Positions 18,075 to 28,575 of a stretch of 43,971 nt of DNA are shown piece by piece (position 1 is the stretch's first letter; the number at the start of each line of letters is the position of its first letter). The notes beneath the pieces were generated by a model, which was not told where the DNA came from, did not search any database, and saw nothing but the letters and a program-made list of their open reading frames with translations. Origin of the DNA: Candidatus Acidiferrales bacterium (lineage in GTDB: Bacteria; Desulfobacterota; Binatia; Binatales; Binataceae); assembly GCA_035602775.1 (NCBI GenBank), contig DATNLS010000030.1, positions 1-43,971 on the forward strand, written 5' to 3'. The position numbers and the translations under genes are program-made.

Positions 18075-21000
18075 GGATTCCGGGGTTGGGGACGATCAGG
18101 GGTTGTGTACTGCTCTCCAGTCCGAGCAACTGACTAATACTGAGTAATGGAATCAATAGCCAGTCGGGACGGTTGTTGAGTTCGTAACCAAGTTCGTAAA
18201 TGGCTTTGTCCATCACGAAGGCGTCGAGCAGGATTGTGAGCTCGTTGTCGTTCTTGGGTATAAAGGCCGCGTGACCGGCGGCTTCCAAATAGCCTTTCAG
18301 GAATGCCCACGAGGACCAGTTCCGCCAGAAGTTCGCCCATGGCTGCATGCCGGCAAAGTCGAAGTTGCCCGTCGCGCCGGTTCGCAGTTGCTCGATGGTC
18401 GAGGTAAGCGCTGCGTAGTGGAACGAACGCAGCATCCCGGCGACGTCTCTCAATGCGGCGCGCTTGAGACGCCGCTCGCTCAGCGGACGCGCAGGTTCGC
18501 CCTCGAAATCGATGATGGCGAAGTCCCGGCCAGTGTAAAGAATCTGCCCGAGATGCAAGTCGCCGTGAATCCGCATCCGGTCCACGCTCAACCGGCAGCG
18601 AAGAAAAGCGTCGAAGCGCGCCGCGATCTCCCGCTGATGCGAGGCGATCAGTTGCGCTCGATCGCGCAAATCCTTCGAAATAGTCGACGCGCGGCTGTCG
18701 AGCATTCGCATCACTCGCGCGAGCAAATTCTGCATCGATTGAAAGGTCGAACGCTGGTAGAGGGTCGAGTACGGCTCGGTAGCGAAATCCGGGTCATCGG
18801 CTGTGGAAGCCAACGCGAGGTGAAGCTCGGCAACACGCTTGCCCATCAACCGAGCCGCGTCGAGATAGTGGCCGATCAACTCGGCGGCTAATGGGTCCGG
18901 CTCGTTAAGTGCGAGCAATTCGAGAAGGGTCTTCTCAATCGTGGGCGCCGACTCCGATCTGGTCGCGGCATTCTCGAGATAACGGTGCAATTCTCCGAGC
19001 GTGAACTTCCAGGCGTCACCTTCGTTGGCGACGAAGCCCTGCAGCACCGCGATCGTCCTCCGCTCACTGCTGGCGGAGCTGTAATCGATCCATCCGGCCA
19101 GCGGTGGAACGTGAGAAAACAACGCGTGGGAAGTCAGGAAGCGCCCGATCTCGAGGTCGGGATTCGAACCGGCTTCGATGCGTCGAAAGAGTTTTATGAT
19201 GAAACGATCGCCGTACACGATTGAGCTGTTGCTCTGTTCCACCTTCAGGAGACGCGGTTCAAGCCGCGATTCGGGATCGCCGCGCAGCTGATGAAACGCC
19301 TGCGTGGCACCGGGCAGAAGCTCGCCCACCGAGGCTCGATGACGGCGGCGCCTGGCGATGATGTCGAGTAGCGCACTCTGGAAATCCGGATCGACGACCG
19401 CATCATACAGAATTCCGTCGCCGTCGCCATTGCGTCCCGCACTAGTCACTTCGCTGATGACATGTTCCGGCCAGCGTGACCGGATGTCGCGCGCTCGATC
19501 CCCGGTAGCAATAGCCAGTGGCAATGCGTAAGTCTCGGGCTCGGCATCTGAGTATTCGACATTCACCAGCATAAGTTGCGGAACGCCGGGTCCCTCCGAC
19601 ATCTGCATCGCGTCGGCGAGGTGGACGCCGGTTATCGTTCGGGTTTTTGCGCGAAACCACCGACTATGCCGCAGATAAGCGGGCATGAGGCGTTCGAGTT
19701 GCCGGCGAGCTTCACCACGCAGGATCCCGTTGAAGCTCGCGTTCATCTCGATGCGCGGAACCTCGTACTCGGAGCGGTCGGCCGCGGTTGTTGCCTTGGG
19801 CGGTTCGATAGAGAACCAGAAGAAGGCATGCGGTCCGAGCGTGAGTAGATAGGGTAGGTCTCCGATAGGTGGGAAAGGTGTGCGGCCAAACAACTCGATC
19901 GGCGTCGTGCCCTTGTACTTGGAGAGATCGAGTTCGACATACTGCACGAAGCGCGAAAGGTTGGCGACCACCAGTATCTGCTCGTGTTCGTAAGCGCGAA
20001 TGAAGGCCAGCACGTGTGAATTTTCTGGGCTGAGAAACTCCATCGTTCCCCGGCCGAATGCCTTGATCTGTTTGCGCAGCGCCAGCAAACGGCGCATCCA
20101 CCAGAGCAGCGAGTGGCGATTGCTCTCGTGCGCCTCAACGTTGACGCTCTGGTAGTGATACTCGGGATCGATGATCACGGGCAGGATGAGACGCTGCGGA
20201 TTGGTCGCGGAAAATCCGGCGTTTCGGTCTGCACTCCATTGCATCGGAGTACGTACTCCATCCCGATCGCCAAGGTACACATTGTCGCCCATTCCAATTT
20301 CATCGCCGTAGTAAATCACCGGCGTTCCCGGCAATGAACACAAAAGGGCATTATTCAGTTCAATAGTACGTCGATGGTTGCCGAGCAGAGGTGCGAGGCG
20401 CCGGCGAATACCCAGATTGACTCTCATTCGTGCGTCCTGTGCGAAAGCCCGATACATATAGTCGCGCTCTTCGTCAGTAACCATTTCGAGAGTCAGTTCG
20501 TCGTGATTACGCAGAAACAATGCCCACTGGCAGCTGGGATCGATCTCCGGGGTCTGCGCCCAGATGTCGGTAAGCGGAAATCGATCCTCCATCCGCACCG
20601 ACATGAACATTCGAGGCATCAGCGGAAAATGGAACGCCATATTGCATTCCTTGCCCTCCGCCAGATACGCGACGGCCTCTTCCGGCCACTGATTCGCCTC
20701 CGCCAGCAACATCCGGTTGGCGAATTTCGAGTCGATATAGGATCTCAATTCACGCAGGAATGCGTGGGTTTCGGGCAGGTTCTCGCAATTGGTTCCCTCG
20801 CGCTTGAACAGGTAAGGAACCGCGTCGAGCCGGAGACCGTCGACGCCAAGACCCAGCCAGAACGCGATCACTCGCCGAATTTCCCGGATGACCGCGGGAT
20901 TGTCGTAGTTCAGATCCGGCTGATGAGCGTAGAACCGATGGAAGTAGTACGCCTTGGCCAACGGATCCCATGACCAGTTTGAGGGCTCGAAGTCCTGAAA

Positions 21001-21462
21001 GATTATTCGCGCGTCCTTGTAGCGCTCGGGCGTGTCGCTCCAGACATAGTAGTCGCGATATATGCTTCCCGCCGGCGAACGGCGCGCTCGTTGAAACCAT
21101 TCATGCTTATCCGAAGTATGATTCAATACTAACTCAGTGACTATCTTCAGATCGCGGCGATGCGCCTCGCGAACAAATATTTTGAAGTCGCGCAAGGTCC
21201 CGCAGGAAGGATGGATATCGGTATAGTCAGAAATATCATATCCATCGTCACGCATCGGCGACGGATAAAACGGAAGTAGCCAGAGCGTGGTGACTCCCAA
21301 CGAATGCAGGTAGTCGAGTTTGGCCGTGAGGCCGGAGAAATCACCAACCCCGTCACCATTGCTGTCGTAGAAGGAACGGACGCGCAGTTCATAGAAAATG
21401 GCATCTTTGTACCACAAAGGATCAGAGGTGAAACCGTCTTCAGGTTGATGATTAGTGGGCAC
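18055..21462 (-). CDS. treS: Trehalose synthase / maltokinase fusion (TreS-Pep2/Mak), 1135 aa
   Basis: N-terminal half (TreS): WYKDAIFYELRVRSFYDSNGDGVGDFSGL, LVLNHTSDKHEWF, GLRLDAVPYLF, LLAEANQWPE, FLRNHDELTLE. C-terminal half: aminoglycoside-phosphotransferase-like kinase motifs IHGDLHLGQILY and IIDFEGEP. Confidence 0.95.
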   Translation of the reverse strand: MPTNHQPEDGFTSDPLWYKDAIFYELRVRSFYDSNGDGVGDFSGLTAKLDYLHSLGVTTLWLLPFYPSPMRDDGYDISDYTDIHPSCGTLRDFKIFVREAHRRDLKIVTELVLNHTSDKHEWFQRARRSPAGSIYRDYYVWSDTPERYKDARIIFQDFEPSNWSWDPLAKAYYFHRFYAHQPDLNYDNPAVIREIRRVIAFWLGLGVDGLRLDAVPYLFKREGTNCENLPETHAFLRELRSYIDSKFANRMLLAEANQWPEEAVAYLAEGKECNMAFHFPLMPRMFMSVRMEDRFPLTDIWAQTPEIDPSCQWALFLRNHDELTLEMVTDEERDYMYRAFAQDARMRVNLGIRRRLAPLLGNHRRTIELNNALLCSLPGTPVIYYGDEIGMGDNVYLGDRDGVRTPMQWSADRNAGFSATNPQRLILPVIIDPEYHYQSVNVEAHESNRHSLLWWMRRLLALRKQIKAFGRGTMEFLSPENSHVLAFIRAYEHEQILVVANLSRFVQYVELDLSKYKGTTPIELFGRTPFPPIGDLPYLLTLGPHAFFWFSIEPPKATTAADRSEYEVPRIEMNASFNGILRGEARRQLERLMPAYLRHSRWFRAKTRTITGVHLADAMQMSEGPGVPQLMLVNVEYSDAEPETYALPLAIATGDRARDIRSRWPEHVISEVTSAGRNGDGDGILYDAVVDPDFQSALLDIIARRRRHRASVGELLPGATQAFHQLRGDPESRLEPRLLKVEQSNSSIVYGDRFIIKLFRRIEAGSNPDLEIGRFLTSHALFSHVPPLAGWIDYSSASSERRTIAVLQGFVANEGDAWKFTLGELHRYLENAATRSESAPTIEKTLLELLALNEPDPLAAELIGHYLDAARLMGKRVAELHLALASTADDPDFATEPYSTLYQRSTFQSMQNLLARVMRMLDSRASTISKDLRDRAQLIASHQREIAARFDAFLRCRLSVDRMRIHGDLHLGQILYTGRDFAIIDFEGEPARPLSERRLKRAALRDVAGMLRSFHYAALTSTIEQLRTGATGNFDFAGMQPWANFWRNWSSWAFLKGYLEAAGHAAFIPKNDNELTILLDAFVMDKAIYELGYELNNRPDWLLIPLLSISQLLGLESSTQPLIVPNPGIHESPRA

Positions 21463-21471
21463 GAATAAAAC

Positions 21472-23460
21472 TCACAGCCGCTCCTCGACGCGGAGGATAT
21501 GCGCCGGCTCGACACCAGGATCGAGCCGCACGTAGTTGCGGTCGGACCACACATACTTCGCGCCGGTCAGGAGATCAGTGACTCGATAGCTGCGGCCCGC
21601 AGCCACGCCGATTAACTCCGGCGGGACGAAGGCCGTGCAAAAGTGTGCGTTCAGTGGATCCAGATTGACGGCGACCAGGATGATATTACTCTTGTCGCGT
21701 GTCTGTTTCGCGAAGAACATGATTTGATCGTTGTTGGTGGTTAGAAACTCAAGATTGAGAAACTGTTGGAGCGCAGGGTTGTCGCGGCGAATCGAGTTGA
21801 CGCGTCCGATGAGCTCCTTGATATTTCCGGGACGGTTCCAGTCGCGCTTCTTGAGCTCGTACTTCTCCGAGTGCAAGTATTCCTCGGTGCCCGGTACCGC
21901 TTCGCTCTCCAACAATTCAAACCCGCTGTAGATGCCGTAGGAGGGCGATAAGGTCGCCGCGAGTACGAGCCTCATGTTGAAAGCAGCACGTCCGCCAAGC
22001 TGTAATACCGGCGCTAGAATGTCGGGAGTATTGGTAAAGAAGTTAGGCCGAAAGTACTCCTTCATCGGCGTTTGCGTCAGCTCAGTGAGATACTCAGTCA
22101 GTTCGACCTTGCTATTGCGCCAGGTGAAATAGGTATACGACTGAGTAAAGCCAGCTTTAGCCAGTGCCCTCATCATCTTCGGACGCGTAAACGCTTCGGC
22201 CAGGAAAATGACCTCCGGATTGGAAGCCTGCACTTCATTGATTAGCCAGTTCCAGAATTGCACCGGCTTGGTATGCGGATTGTCGACGCGAAAGATCTTC
22301 ACGCCATGCCCGCGCCAGAACTTCACTACCCGCATCAGCTCCTCGAGCAATCCGCGCTGATCGGGAGTATCGAAATCGATCGCATAGATATCCTGGTATT
22401 CCTTGGGCGGGTTCTCGGCGTACTTGATGCTGCCGTCTGGCCGGTGTTGAAACCAATTCGGATGCTCGCGCACCCACGGATGGTCGGGCGAGCATTGGAT
22501 CGCGAAATCGAGAGCCACCTCGATTCCAAGACGGTTAGCGGCAGCGTTGAACCGATCGAAATCCTCCAGCGTCCCAATCGACGGATCGATCGCCGTATGC
22601 CCTCCGGCCTCACTGCCAATCGCCCACGGGCTGCCGGGGGAGCTGGACCCGCCGTTCAGCGAGTTGCCTGGACCCTTGCGATTGGTATGACCGATCGGAT
22701 GGATCGGCGCCAGGTACACGACATCGAAACCGAGGTCGCGAAGCTCGGGCAGCCGGCGCTCTGCATCGCGGAAGGTGCCAGGCTTGCCGGGCTCACTGCC
22801 CTGCGATCGCACGAACATCTCGTACCACGTTCCGTAGCGAGCCTTCTCGCGATCGACCACCAGTTCCAGCAACGGCTCGAATCGCGTCAGGCCAGACCGC
22901 TCACCAACGCGTTCCGCCGCAGCAGAAATCGTTGTGTCGCTGATCGCCGCAAGCGCCGTCGCGCCATCGTTGGTCCTGCGCAATCGCGCGAGCGTGCGCT
23001 CGAACAATTCGCGATCAGCTCCATTCGCGCGCGCGATCATTTTTTCGACCAGTGCGATTCCTTCCAGCACATCGGAAGCAACCGGCTGCGCCGCCTTCAC
23101 TTTCTTGGTGAAGTCCGCAAGCCACGATGCGAACAGATCGGTCCACGCCTCGATCGTGAAAACGTAGCGTGTATTGTCGGTGGGCAAGAACTCTCCGCGC
23201 CATCGATCATTGTCGACCGCGAGCATCGGCGCCTCGTCGAAAACCTCGTCCTGCTTGCGCCGCCATTTGACCGCGGCGCGCAACACCTGGTGCCCGTCGC
23301 GAAAGATGTCCGCCTCGACGACGCAAGGCTCACCCACGATCCGCTTCGCCAGATAGCGGCCGCCGTCAACCGAAGGCGTCACATCTTCGATTATGATGTG
23401 GCTCAGCCGCCGACCGGATGAGGCGAGCCGGGAATCAGTTGGTGCTTGATAGGAAGGCAT
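21472..23460 (-). CDS. glgE: Alpha-1,4-glucan:maltose-1-phosphate maltosyltransferase GlgE
   Basis: IIEDVTPSVDGGRYLAKRIVGE...FRDGH, WYEMFVRSQG, VYLAPIHPIGHTNRKG, FRVDNPHTKP, FLAEAFTRPKMM. Ends 9 nt before the treS start. Confidence 0.95.
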   Translation of the reverse strand: MPSYQAPTDSRLASSGRRLSHIIIEDVTPSVDGGRYLAKRIVGEPCVVEADIFRDGHQVLRAAVKWRRKQDEVFDEAPMLAVDNDRWRGEFLPTDNTRYVFTIEAWTDLFASWLADFTKKVKAAQPVASDVLEGIALVEKMIARANGADRELFERTLARLRRTNDGATALAAISDTTISAAAERVGERSGLTRFEPLLELVVDREKARYGTWYEMFVRSQGSEPGKPGTFRDAERRLPELRDLGFDVVYLAPIHPIGHTNRKGPGNSLNGGSSSPGSPWAIGSEAGGHTAIDPSIGTLEDFDRFNAAANRLGIEVALDFAIQCSPDHPWVREHPNWFQHRPDGSIKYAENPPKEYQDIYAIDFDTPDQRGLLEELMRVVKFWRGHGVKIFRVDNPHTKPVQFWNWLINEVQASNPEVIFLAEAFTRPKMMRALAKAGFTQSYTYFTWRNSKVELTEYLTELTQTPMKEYFRPNFFTNTPDILAPVLQLGGRAAFNMRLVLAATLSPSYGIYSGFELLESEAVPGTEEYLHSEKYELKKRDWNRPGNIKELIGRVNSIRRDNPALQQFLNLEFLTTNNDQIMFFAKQTRDKSNIILVAVNLDPLNAHFCTAFVPPELIGVAAGRSYRVTDLLTGAKYVWSDRNYVRLDPGVEPAHILRVEERL

Positions 23461-23587
23461 CGCCGGCGAATGAAAGTTTAGGTCGTGATCTTATTTGTGG
23501 GAAATTGCCGAACCTTTTGAGAGTCGGTGAACACCACCAATCCTATCACGAACGTCTGATTCAGGCAGGTCTTTTTATTCGTTGCGG

Positions 23588-25480
23588 CTAGAACGACGCT
23601 ATCCGCGAGCGAGTGCTCGCCTCCATCGATTCCAGCGATAGCCCTCGAGCCTGCTCGCCGAAGAGCCTGGCGTACGCGCCGCCCCGGCGGATCAGTTCGG
23701 CATGCTTGCCGGTCTCGACGATACGGCCCCGATCCATGACGACGATAAGGTCCGCGGTAACCGCACTGCGCAGGCGATGCGCGATGAGAAACACGGTGCG
23801 GCCATTCATCAGCAGTTCCATCGCACTGTGAATCTGATTCTCCGATTCCGAATCCACCGACGAGGTCGCTTCGTCCAGGATGACTATCTTCGAGTCCTTC
23901 AGAAATGCACGCGCAATCGCCAGACGTTGACGCTGGCCGCCGGAAATCTTGAAGCCTCGCTCGCCGATGATTGTATCGAGTCCGTCCGGCAGACCTTCGA
24001 CAAACTCCCGCAGGTTAGCCATCTCGAGCGCCTGGAGCAGCATCGTGTCAGTCGCATCGGGACGCGCGTAGCGCAGGTTATTCCTGATGCTGGCGCTGAA
24101 CAGCAGCGCATCCTGCGCGACTAGCGCGACGTTCTCGCGCAGCGACTTGAGCGTGTAGTGGCGCACATCGCGGCCGTCGATTAGAACGCGCCCGCGCGTC
24201 GCATCATAGAAGCGCGGAATCAGGTTCGCCATCGTGGTCTTGCCGGCTCCCGATTTGCCGACCAGCGCGACACGGCACCCGCCTGGAACGTGTAGGTTGA
24301 GGCCTTCGAGCGCCAGCCCCATCCACGTGCCGTTGCGTGCGCCATAAGCAAAGTACACGTCGTCGAACTGAACGGTCCCGCTTCGCACCGCAAAAGGACG
24401 GCTCAGCGCGTGATCGGTTATCTCGGGTTTCAGATCGAGAAACGCAAAGATCCGCTCGATCGCCGCCATCGACGTGGACACGACTACCGAGAGTTGCGCG
24501 AAACGTTCCAGCGGCAAATACAGGAAACCGAGATAGGAGAAGAACGCGACCATCGTGCCGAGTGTCATCGTGCCGCGGATGATCATGAGCGCACCTACCC
24601 AGATGACGACCATGGGGGCGGCGCGAGTCAGCAGCTGGATCAGCATCTCCTGGCGCGCCGCGAGCTTCACCTTGTCGATCGTGCGTTCCAGCAGCCGCTC
24701 GGTCTGACCGCGGAATTGCTGGACCTCGAGCTCCTCACGGCAGAAAGATTTGATCGTGCTCGCGCCGGTGACGCGTTCGTGAACTTCGCCTGAGATCTCG
24801 GCGACGGTTTCCTGCATCCGATGACTGACCGATTTGATTCGTGGCGCGAAGAACCGCATGAACGCGACCCACAATGGCGAGATGCAAAGCGCGACCAGCG
24901 CCAGCCGCCAGTTGAGCGCGAGCAACGCAACGACTACCAGCGTCAGCGAGATGCCATCCATCCAAACGTCGATCAGCGCGGATCCCACTAATTCATTGGC
25001 CTGCTGAACGTCGTTGAGCACGCGCGAGACGATCGTTCCGCTCGGATTTCGATCGAAAAACGAATGCGGAAGACTTTGCAGATGCGAGAACAAACGGCAC
25101 TGAAGATCGAAAATCAGCTTGTTGCCGGCAAGGCCCGCCCAATAGTTACGATAGAAGCTGGCGAGCGACTGGAGCGCGTACAGCGACAGCATCACCACGC
25201 TTAGCGCCGCCAGCTTGTTGGCAGGCGTCGCGGCGAAACCGGCCAGCCCGGAAAGTCCACTGCACCAGCCGTCGATCATGCTCATCACGCGGTCGAGCTT
25301 CGGCGGCGAAGTCAGTAAAACGTCGATGACGTACTTAAACGCGAGTGGAAACGCGAGCGGCAACGTGAATTTGCCTACGCCCATCAGCGCGGCGCCAACC
25401 ACCAAACGCAGATACGGTCTAAGATATCCGATAAATCTAAAAATTACCGAGTTGGAAATTTTTACCTCGTGCGGGTTCAT
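23588..25480 (-). CDS. ABC exporter, fused transmembrane and ATPase domains (MsbA/multidrug-type half transporter)
   Basis: Six N-terminal TM helices. Walker A GKSGAGKTT, signature ISGGQRQRLAIARAF, Walker B IVILDEATSSVD. Substrate unknown. Confidence 0.9.
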   Translation of the reverse strand: MNPHEVKISNSVIFRFIGYLRPYLRLVVGAALMGVGKFTLPLAFPLAFKYVIDVLLTSPPKLDRVMSMIDGWCSGLSGLAGFAATPANKLAALSVVMLSLYALQSLASFYRNYWAGLAGNKLIFDLQCRLFSHLQSLPHSFFDRNPSGTIVSRVLNDVQQANELVGSALIDVWMDGISLTLVVVALLALNWRLALVALCISPLWVAFMRFFAPRIKSVSHRMQETVAEISGEVHERVTGASTIKSFCREELEVQQFRGQTERLLERTIDKVKLAARQEMLIQLLTRAAPMVVIWVGALMIIRGTMTLGTMVAFFSYLGFLYLPLERFAQLSVVVSTSMAAIERIFAFLDLKPEITDHALSRPFAVRSGTVQFDDVYFAYGARNGTWMGLALEGLNLHVPGGCRVALVGKSGAGKTTMANLIPRFYDATRGRVLIDGRDVRHYTLKSLRENVALVAQDALLFSASIRNNLRYARPDATDTMLLQALEMANLREFVEGLPDGLDTIIGERGFKISGGQRQRLAIARAFLKDSKIVILDEATSSVDSESENQIHSAMELLMNGRTVFLIAHRLRSAVTADLIVVMDRGRIVETGKHAELIRRGGAYARLFGEQARGLSLESMEASTRSRIASF

Positions 25481-25691
25481 ACCGATTCCTCAACAGATTC
25501 CTGACAGACACGTTACGCGGGCGAGGGGAAACGCGAGCTGTTATGGAAAAGCAACGGACATGCCTATCGCAGGCCCTTATTACTCGCGGGATTTTCGCCT
25601 GCATTACTCTCACTGAACGCCTCCTGTGAAATTTTGGACGTTCCAAATCGTCAAGCCGACTAACCGATATGGGAAGCTTAACGCTCGCTGA

Positions 25692-27125
25692 TTGAAGAAT
25701 AGCGAATTGGTGTTGGCGCGAATTTCGCTTCATTTTGATGCGGAGTGCTTGGTGGCTAAGCAAAAGATTAAAGCGAAGGCGGTAAGCGAGGCTTCTGCGA
25801 GTCACTCGACGCACGCGCCCGAACATGGCGGTCCGCGGTCGACCACGACCGTCGGCGCGATCGTGATCTTGCTGTTGTACCAGGGTTACACGCTGTCGAT
25901 CGTCGGCATCGCGTCACCATGGATAGCGAAAAGTTTTGCGCTCGACGAAGGCAAGCTCGCCCGGCTCTTCGCCTGGATGGCGATATCCGCATTCGGCTCG
26001 CTGTTGCTCGCGCGGCTGGCCGACCGAGTCGGACGCCGCCTCGTAATTCTCGGCGCGTTGCTGCTCGCCCCGATTTTCTCCGCGGGAGCCGCACTCGCCC
26101 CCACCGCCAACACGTTCGCTGCGTGCGAGATAATGGTCTCCGCGCTGCTCGGCGGATCAGTCTCGTCGGCGATCGTGCTGCTAGCCGAGGAACTTCCGGT
26201 CAAGCAGCGCGCTCGTGGGCAGGCGGCCGCGGCGTTGGCGAGCGCGATTGGCGGCGTTCTTGGCTATCTGATCATTCCGGCATTGCTGGCGTGGAACTAT
26301 TCGTGGCGATGGCTCCTGGCACCATCGGCGGCCGGCATACTACTCACCGTGCCGGTGGCGATGATGCTGCCCGCGCAATCGAAATGGTCGAGCGCCGCTT
26401 CGAGTGGAACCGCGAAGCGCACGCACTTCTACGATATTTTTCATCCGATATATCGACGCCGCTCGATCGCGCTGCTGACCTGCGCCGCGCTCGACACTAT
26501 CGCCGGCACGGCCGTCAACGGCTGGCTCTACTATCAGGCGGTTTCGATCCTCGGCCTCTCGCCGGTCGCCGCAAGTACGCTGGTTGTGACCGGCATGGGC
26601 GTCGGGATGATCGGATTTCCGCTGGGCGCGTGGACCTCGGAACGATTCGGCCGCGTGCCGACGGTGGTCTATATGGGCGGCGCGGCATGGCTCGGCGCCT
26701 TCGCGTTTTACCTCGGGCCGCCCGCGTTCGTGAGTTGGCCGTTCATGTGGTTGGTCGTAGTGTATTGCTGGTTCAAACTCGCGTCTGACGTGATGACCGT
26801 CGGCGCGAATTCCGCAGCGACCGAACTTTTCCCCGCGGCGCTCCGCACCACCATGATCGGCTGGCAGGGGATAACCGCGGCCGCGTTCTCGATGCTCGCG
26901 CAGGTTTTGATCGCCGCTTTGATCGGACCGCTGGGCGGACTCGCGAACGTCATTCGCTACCTCGCATTGCTCGGCATTCCGAGCGCCGTGATCTTCGGGC
27001 TCTTCATCGACGAGACGCGCGGCCTGACGCTGGAACAATCCGCGCTCGAAGATCAATGGAACGAAGTTCGGCACAACCCGTGGCCCACCGACGCCGAAAA
27101 TCCCCGCAAGGCGGCCGATAGGTAA
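25692..27125 (+). CDS. MFS transporter
   Basis: About 12 hydrophobic segments and the MFS loop motif RLADRVGRR. The true start is uncertain: several in-frame TTG/GTG codons fall in the first 40 or so codons. Confidence 0.8.
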   Translation: MKNSELVLARISLHFDAECLVAKQKIKAKAVSEASASHSTHAPEHGGPRSTTTVGAIVILLLYQGYTLSIVGIASPWIAKSFALDEGKLARLFAWMAISAFGSLLLARLADRVGRRLVILGALLLAPIFSAGAALAPTANTFAACEIMVSALLGGSVSSAIVLLAEELPVKQRARGQAAAALASAIGGVLGYLIIPALLAWNYSWRWLLAPSAAGILLTVPVAMMLPAQSKWSSAASSGTAKRTHFYDIFHPIYRRRSIALLTCAALDTIAGTAVNGWLYYQAVSILGLSPVAASTLVVTGMGVGMIGFPLGAWTSERFGRVPTVVYMGGAAWLGAFAFYLGPPAFVSWPFMWLVVVYCWFKLASDVMTVGANSAATELFPAALRTTMIGWQGITAAAFSMLAQVLIAALIGPLGGLANVIRYLALLGIPSAVIFGLFIDETRGLTLEQSALEDQWNEVRHNPWPTDAENPRKAADR

Positions 27126-27126
27126 G

Positions 27127-28569
27127 GTGATGAGAGAACGCCTGAAGGTTTCACTCCTTGCGCGGAGGCTCGCTATCCTCATATACGCGATTGCTTTCGG
27201 CGTCGGTCCCGCGCCGGGGTTCGCGCAGGAAGCGTCGGCTACGCGGAGTGCCACTCCCGAATCGGCTACGCCGAGTGTAACTCCCGGGGCGCTGGTTCCG
27301 ATTGTCTTGATTGCGGGCGGCACCGGTTACGTCGAGGGGGCCGCCGGACAAAGTCCGGAAGTGCTGAACTCCGCCGAGATTTACGATCCCGCACTCCACC
27401 AGTTTCTGCCGATCGCCGCGATGAACGATCCGCGCGACCAATTCACCGCGGCCGCCATCGGCATCGACAAGGTTCTGATTGTGGGCGGCATCAATACTCT
27501 GCTCGTCCCGCTGAACGTGTTTCCGGGTCCGGCGATGCCGTGGGTTTTGCGGTCCACCGAGATTTTCAACTCGGGCAACGGCAAGTTCGTTGCCGCCCCG
27601 AACATGAAGGATTCCCGCGACGATCCGACCGCCACCACTTTGCAAAACGACAAAGTGTTGATTGTGGGTGGCGCGTCGCCGGCCGCCGAGCTTTACGACC
27701 CGGCGTCGAATAAGTTTACCGAAACCGGCGCGATGGCCTCGAGCCGCCACGGCCAGACTGCGACTCTGCTGCGCGACGGCGGCGTGTTGATCGCGGGCGG
27801 CGGCTACCAGAAGGTCGAGGTTTACGACCCTGTCAGCGGAAAGTTTCAGTTCGCCGGCAAACTCAATGACAATCGCGTCTATCACACGGCAACGCTGCTC
27901 GGTGATGGCCGCGTTCTGATCGCTGGAGGCTGTCCTTACGCGAGGAGCAGCGCGGTCGACACCAGCGAAATCTTCGACCCATCGGCTCGAACTGTCAGCG
28001 AGGGACCGAAGATGACTGAGAGCCGCGCCGGACATACGGCAACGCTGCTCGGCGATGGACGGGTACTGATAGCGGGCGGACGCGCCGACAAATCGTCGGA
28101 GCTTTACGATCCGGAATCGCACCAGTTCGTCGTGGGGCCCGAGATGGTCGAAGCTCGTTCGGGACATTCGGCGACGCTCCTGCCGGACGGTACCGTGCTG
28201 CTCGCAGGCGGATGGGATCCCGACTACGAGCCGCTTTCCAGCGCGGAAATTTTCGATCCGGTCGCTAACCGATTCGTTACCACCGGCGAAATGACCGAAG
28301 GACGCGCCGGACACAGCGCGACGCTCATCCTCGCGCGCGAGCCGATCACCTGGATTCGGCCGACGCCGTCGGTAACTCCGACTCCCTCGATCACGCCGAC
28401 CAACACTCCGACTCCGACCCCGTCGATCACTCCCACCGATACGTTGACGCCGACGATCAGTCCGACGCCGTCGATTACTCCTACCGATACGCCGACGCCG
28501 ACGATCAGTCCGACCCCGACTGAGCGCCCGCACGCGACGCCATCGGCAACAGAGACGCCGCAGCATTAG
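27127..28569 (+). CDS. Secreted Kelch-repeat beta-propeller protein with Thr/Pro-rich C-terminal tail
   Basis: Signal peptide ([21 protein letters not shown]). Seven repeats of the type aE(I/L)(Y/F)DPxxxxF...[19 protein letters not shown]-rich tail runs from about residue 410 to the end. Start GTG 27127 or ATG 27130 lies 1-4 nt after the MFS stop. Confidence 0.8.
   Translation: MMRERLKVSLLARRLAILIYAIAFGVGPAPGFAQEASATRSATPESATPSVTPGALVPIVLIAGGTGYVEGAAGQSPEVLNSAEIYDPALHQFLPIAAMNDPRDQFTAAAIGIDKVLIVGGINTLLVPLNVFPGPAMPWVLRSTEIFNSGNGKFVAAPNMKDSRDDPTATTLQNDKVLIVGGASPAAELYDPASNKFTETGAMASSRHGQTATLLRDGGVLIAGGGYQKVEVYDPVSGKFQFAGKLNDNRVYHTATLLGDGRVLIAGGCPYARSSAVDTSEIFDPSARTVSEGPKMTESRAGHTATLLGDGRVLIAGGRADKSSELYDPESHQFVVGPEMVEARSGHSATLLPDGTVLLAGGWDPDYEPLSSAEIFDPVANRFVTTGEMTEGRAGHSATLILAREPITWIRPTPSVTPTPSITPTNTPTPTPSITPTDTLTPTISPTPSITPTDTPTPTISPTPTERPHATPSATETPQH
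28420..28515 (+). repeat. 48-nt tandem duplication inside the Thr/Pro tail of the Kelch gene
   Basis: Copy 28420-28467 versus 28468-28515: 43 of 48 identical by hand alignment, encoding PSITPTDT(L/P)TPTISPT. More degenerate TP units flank it. Confidence 0.85.
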
Positions 28570-28575
28570 ACGTAG

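Noticed and set aside
25633-25647. Inverted repeat TTTGGA-cgt-TCCAAA upstream of the MFS gene, considered as an operator
   Set aside because: The arms are only 6 bp and no regulator gene is nearby. A match of this size is expected by chance in an AT-richer intergenic region.
28360-28560. Thr/Pro repeat DNA and the other tandem repeats, considered as CRISPR-like or mobile-element repeats
   Set aside because: The units are contiguous with no spacers, in frame, and translate to low-complexity peptide repeats inside ORFs. No cas genes, transposase or terminal inverted repeats were seen anywhere in the window.
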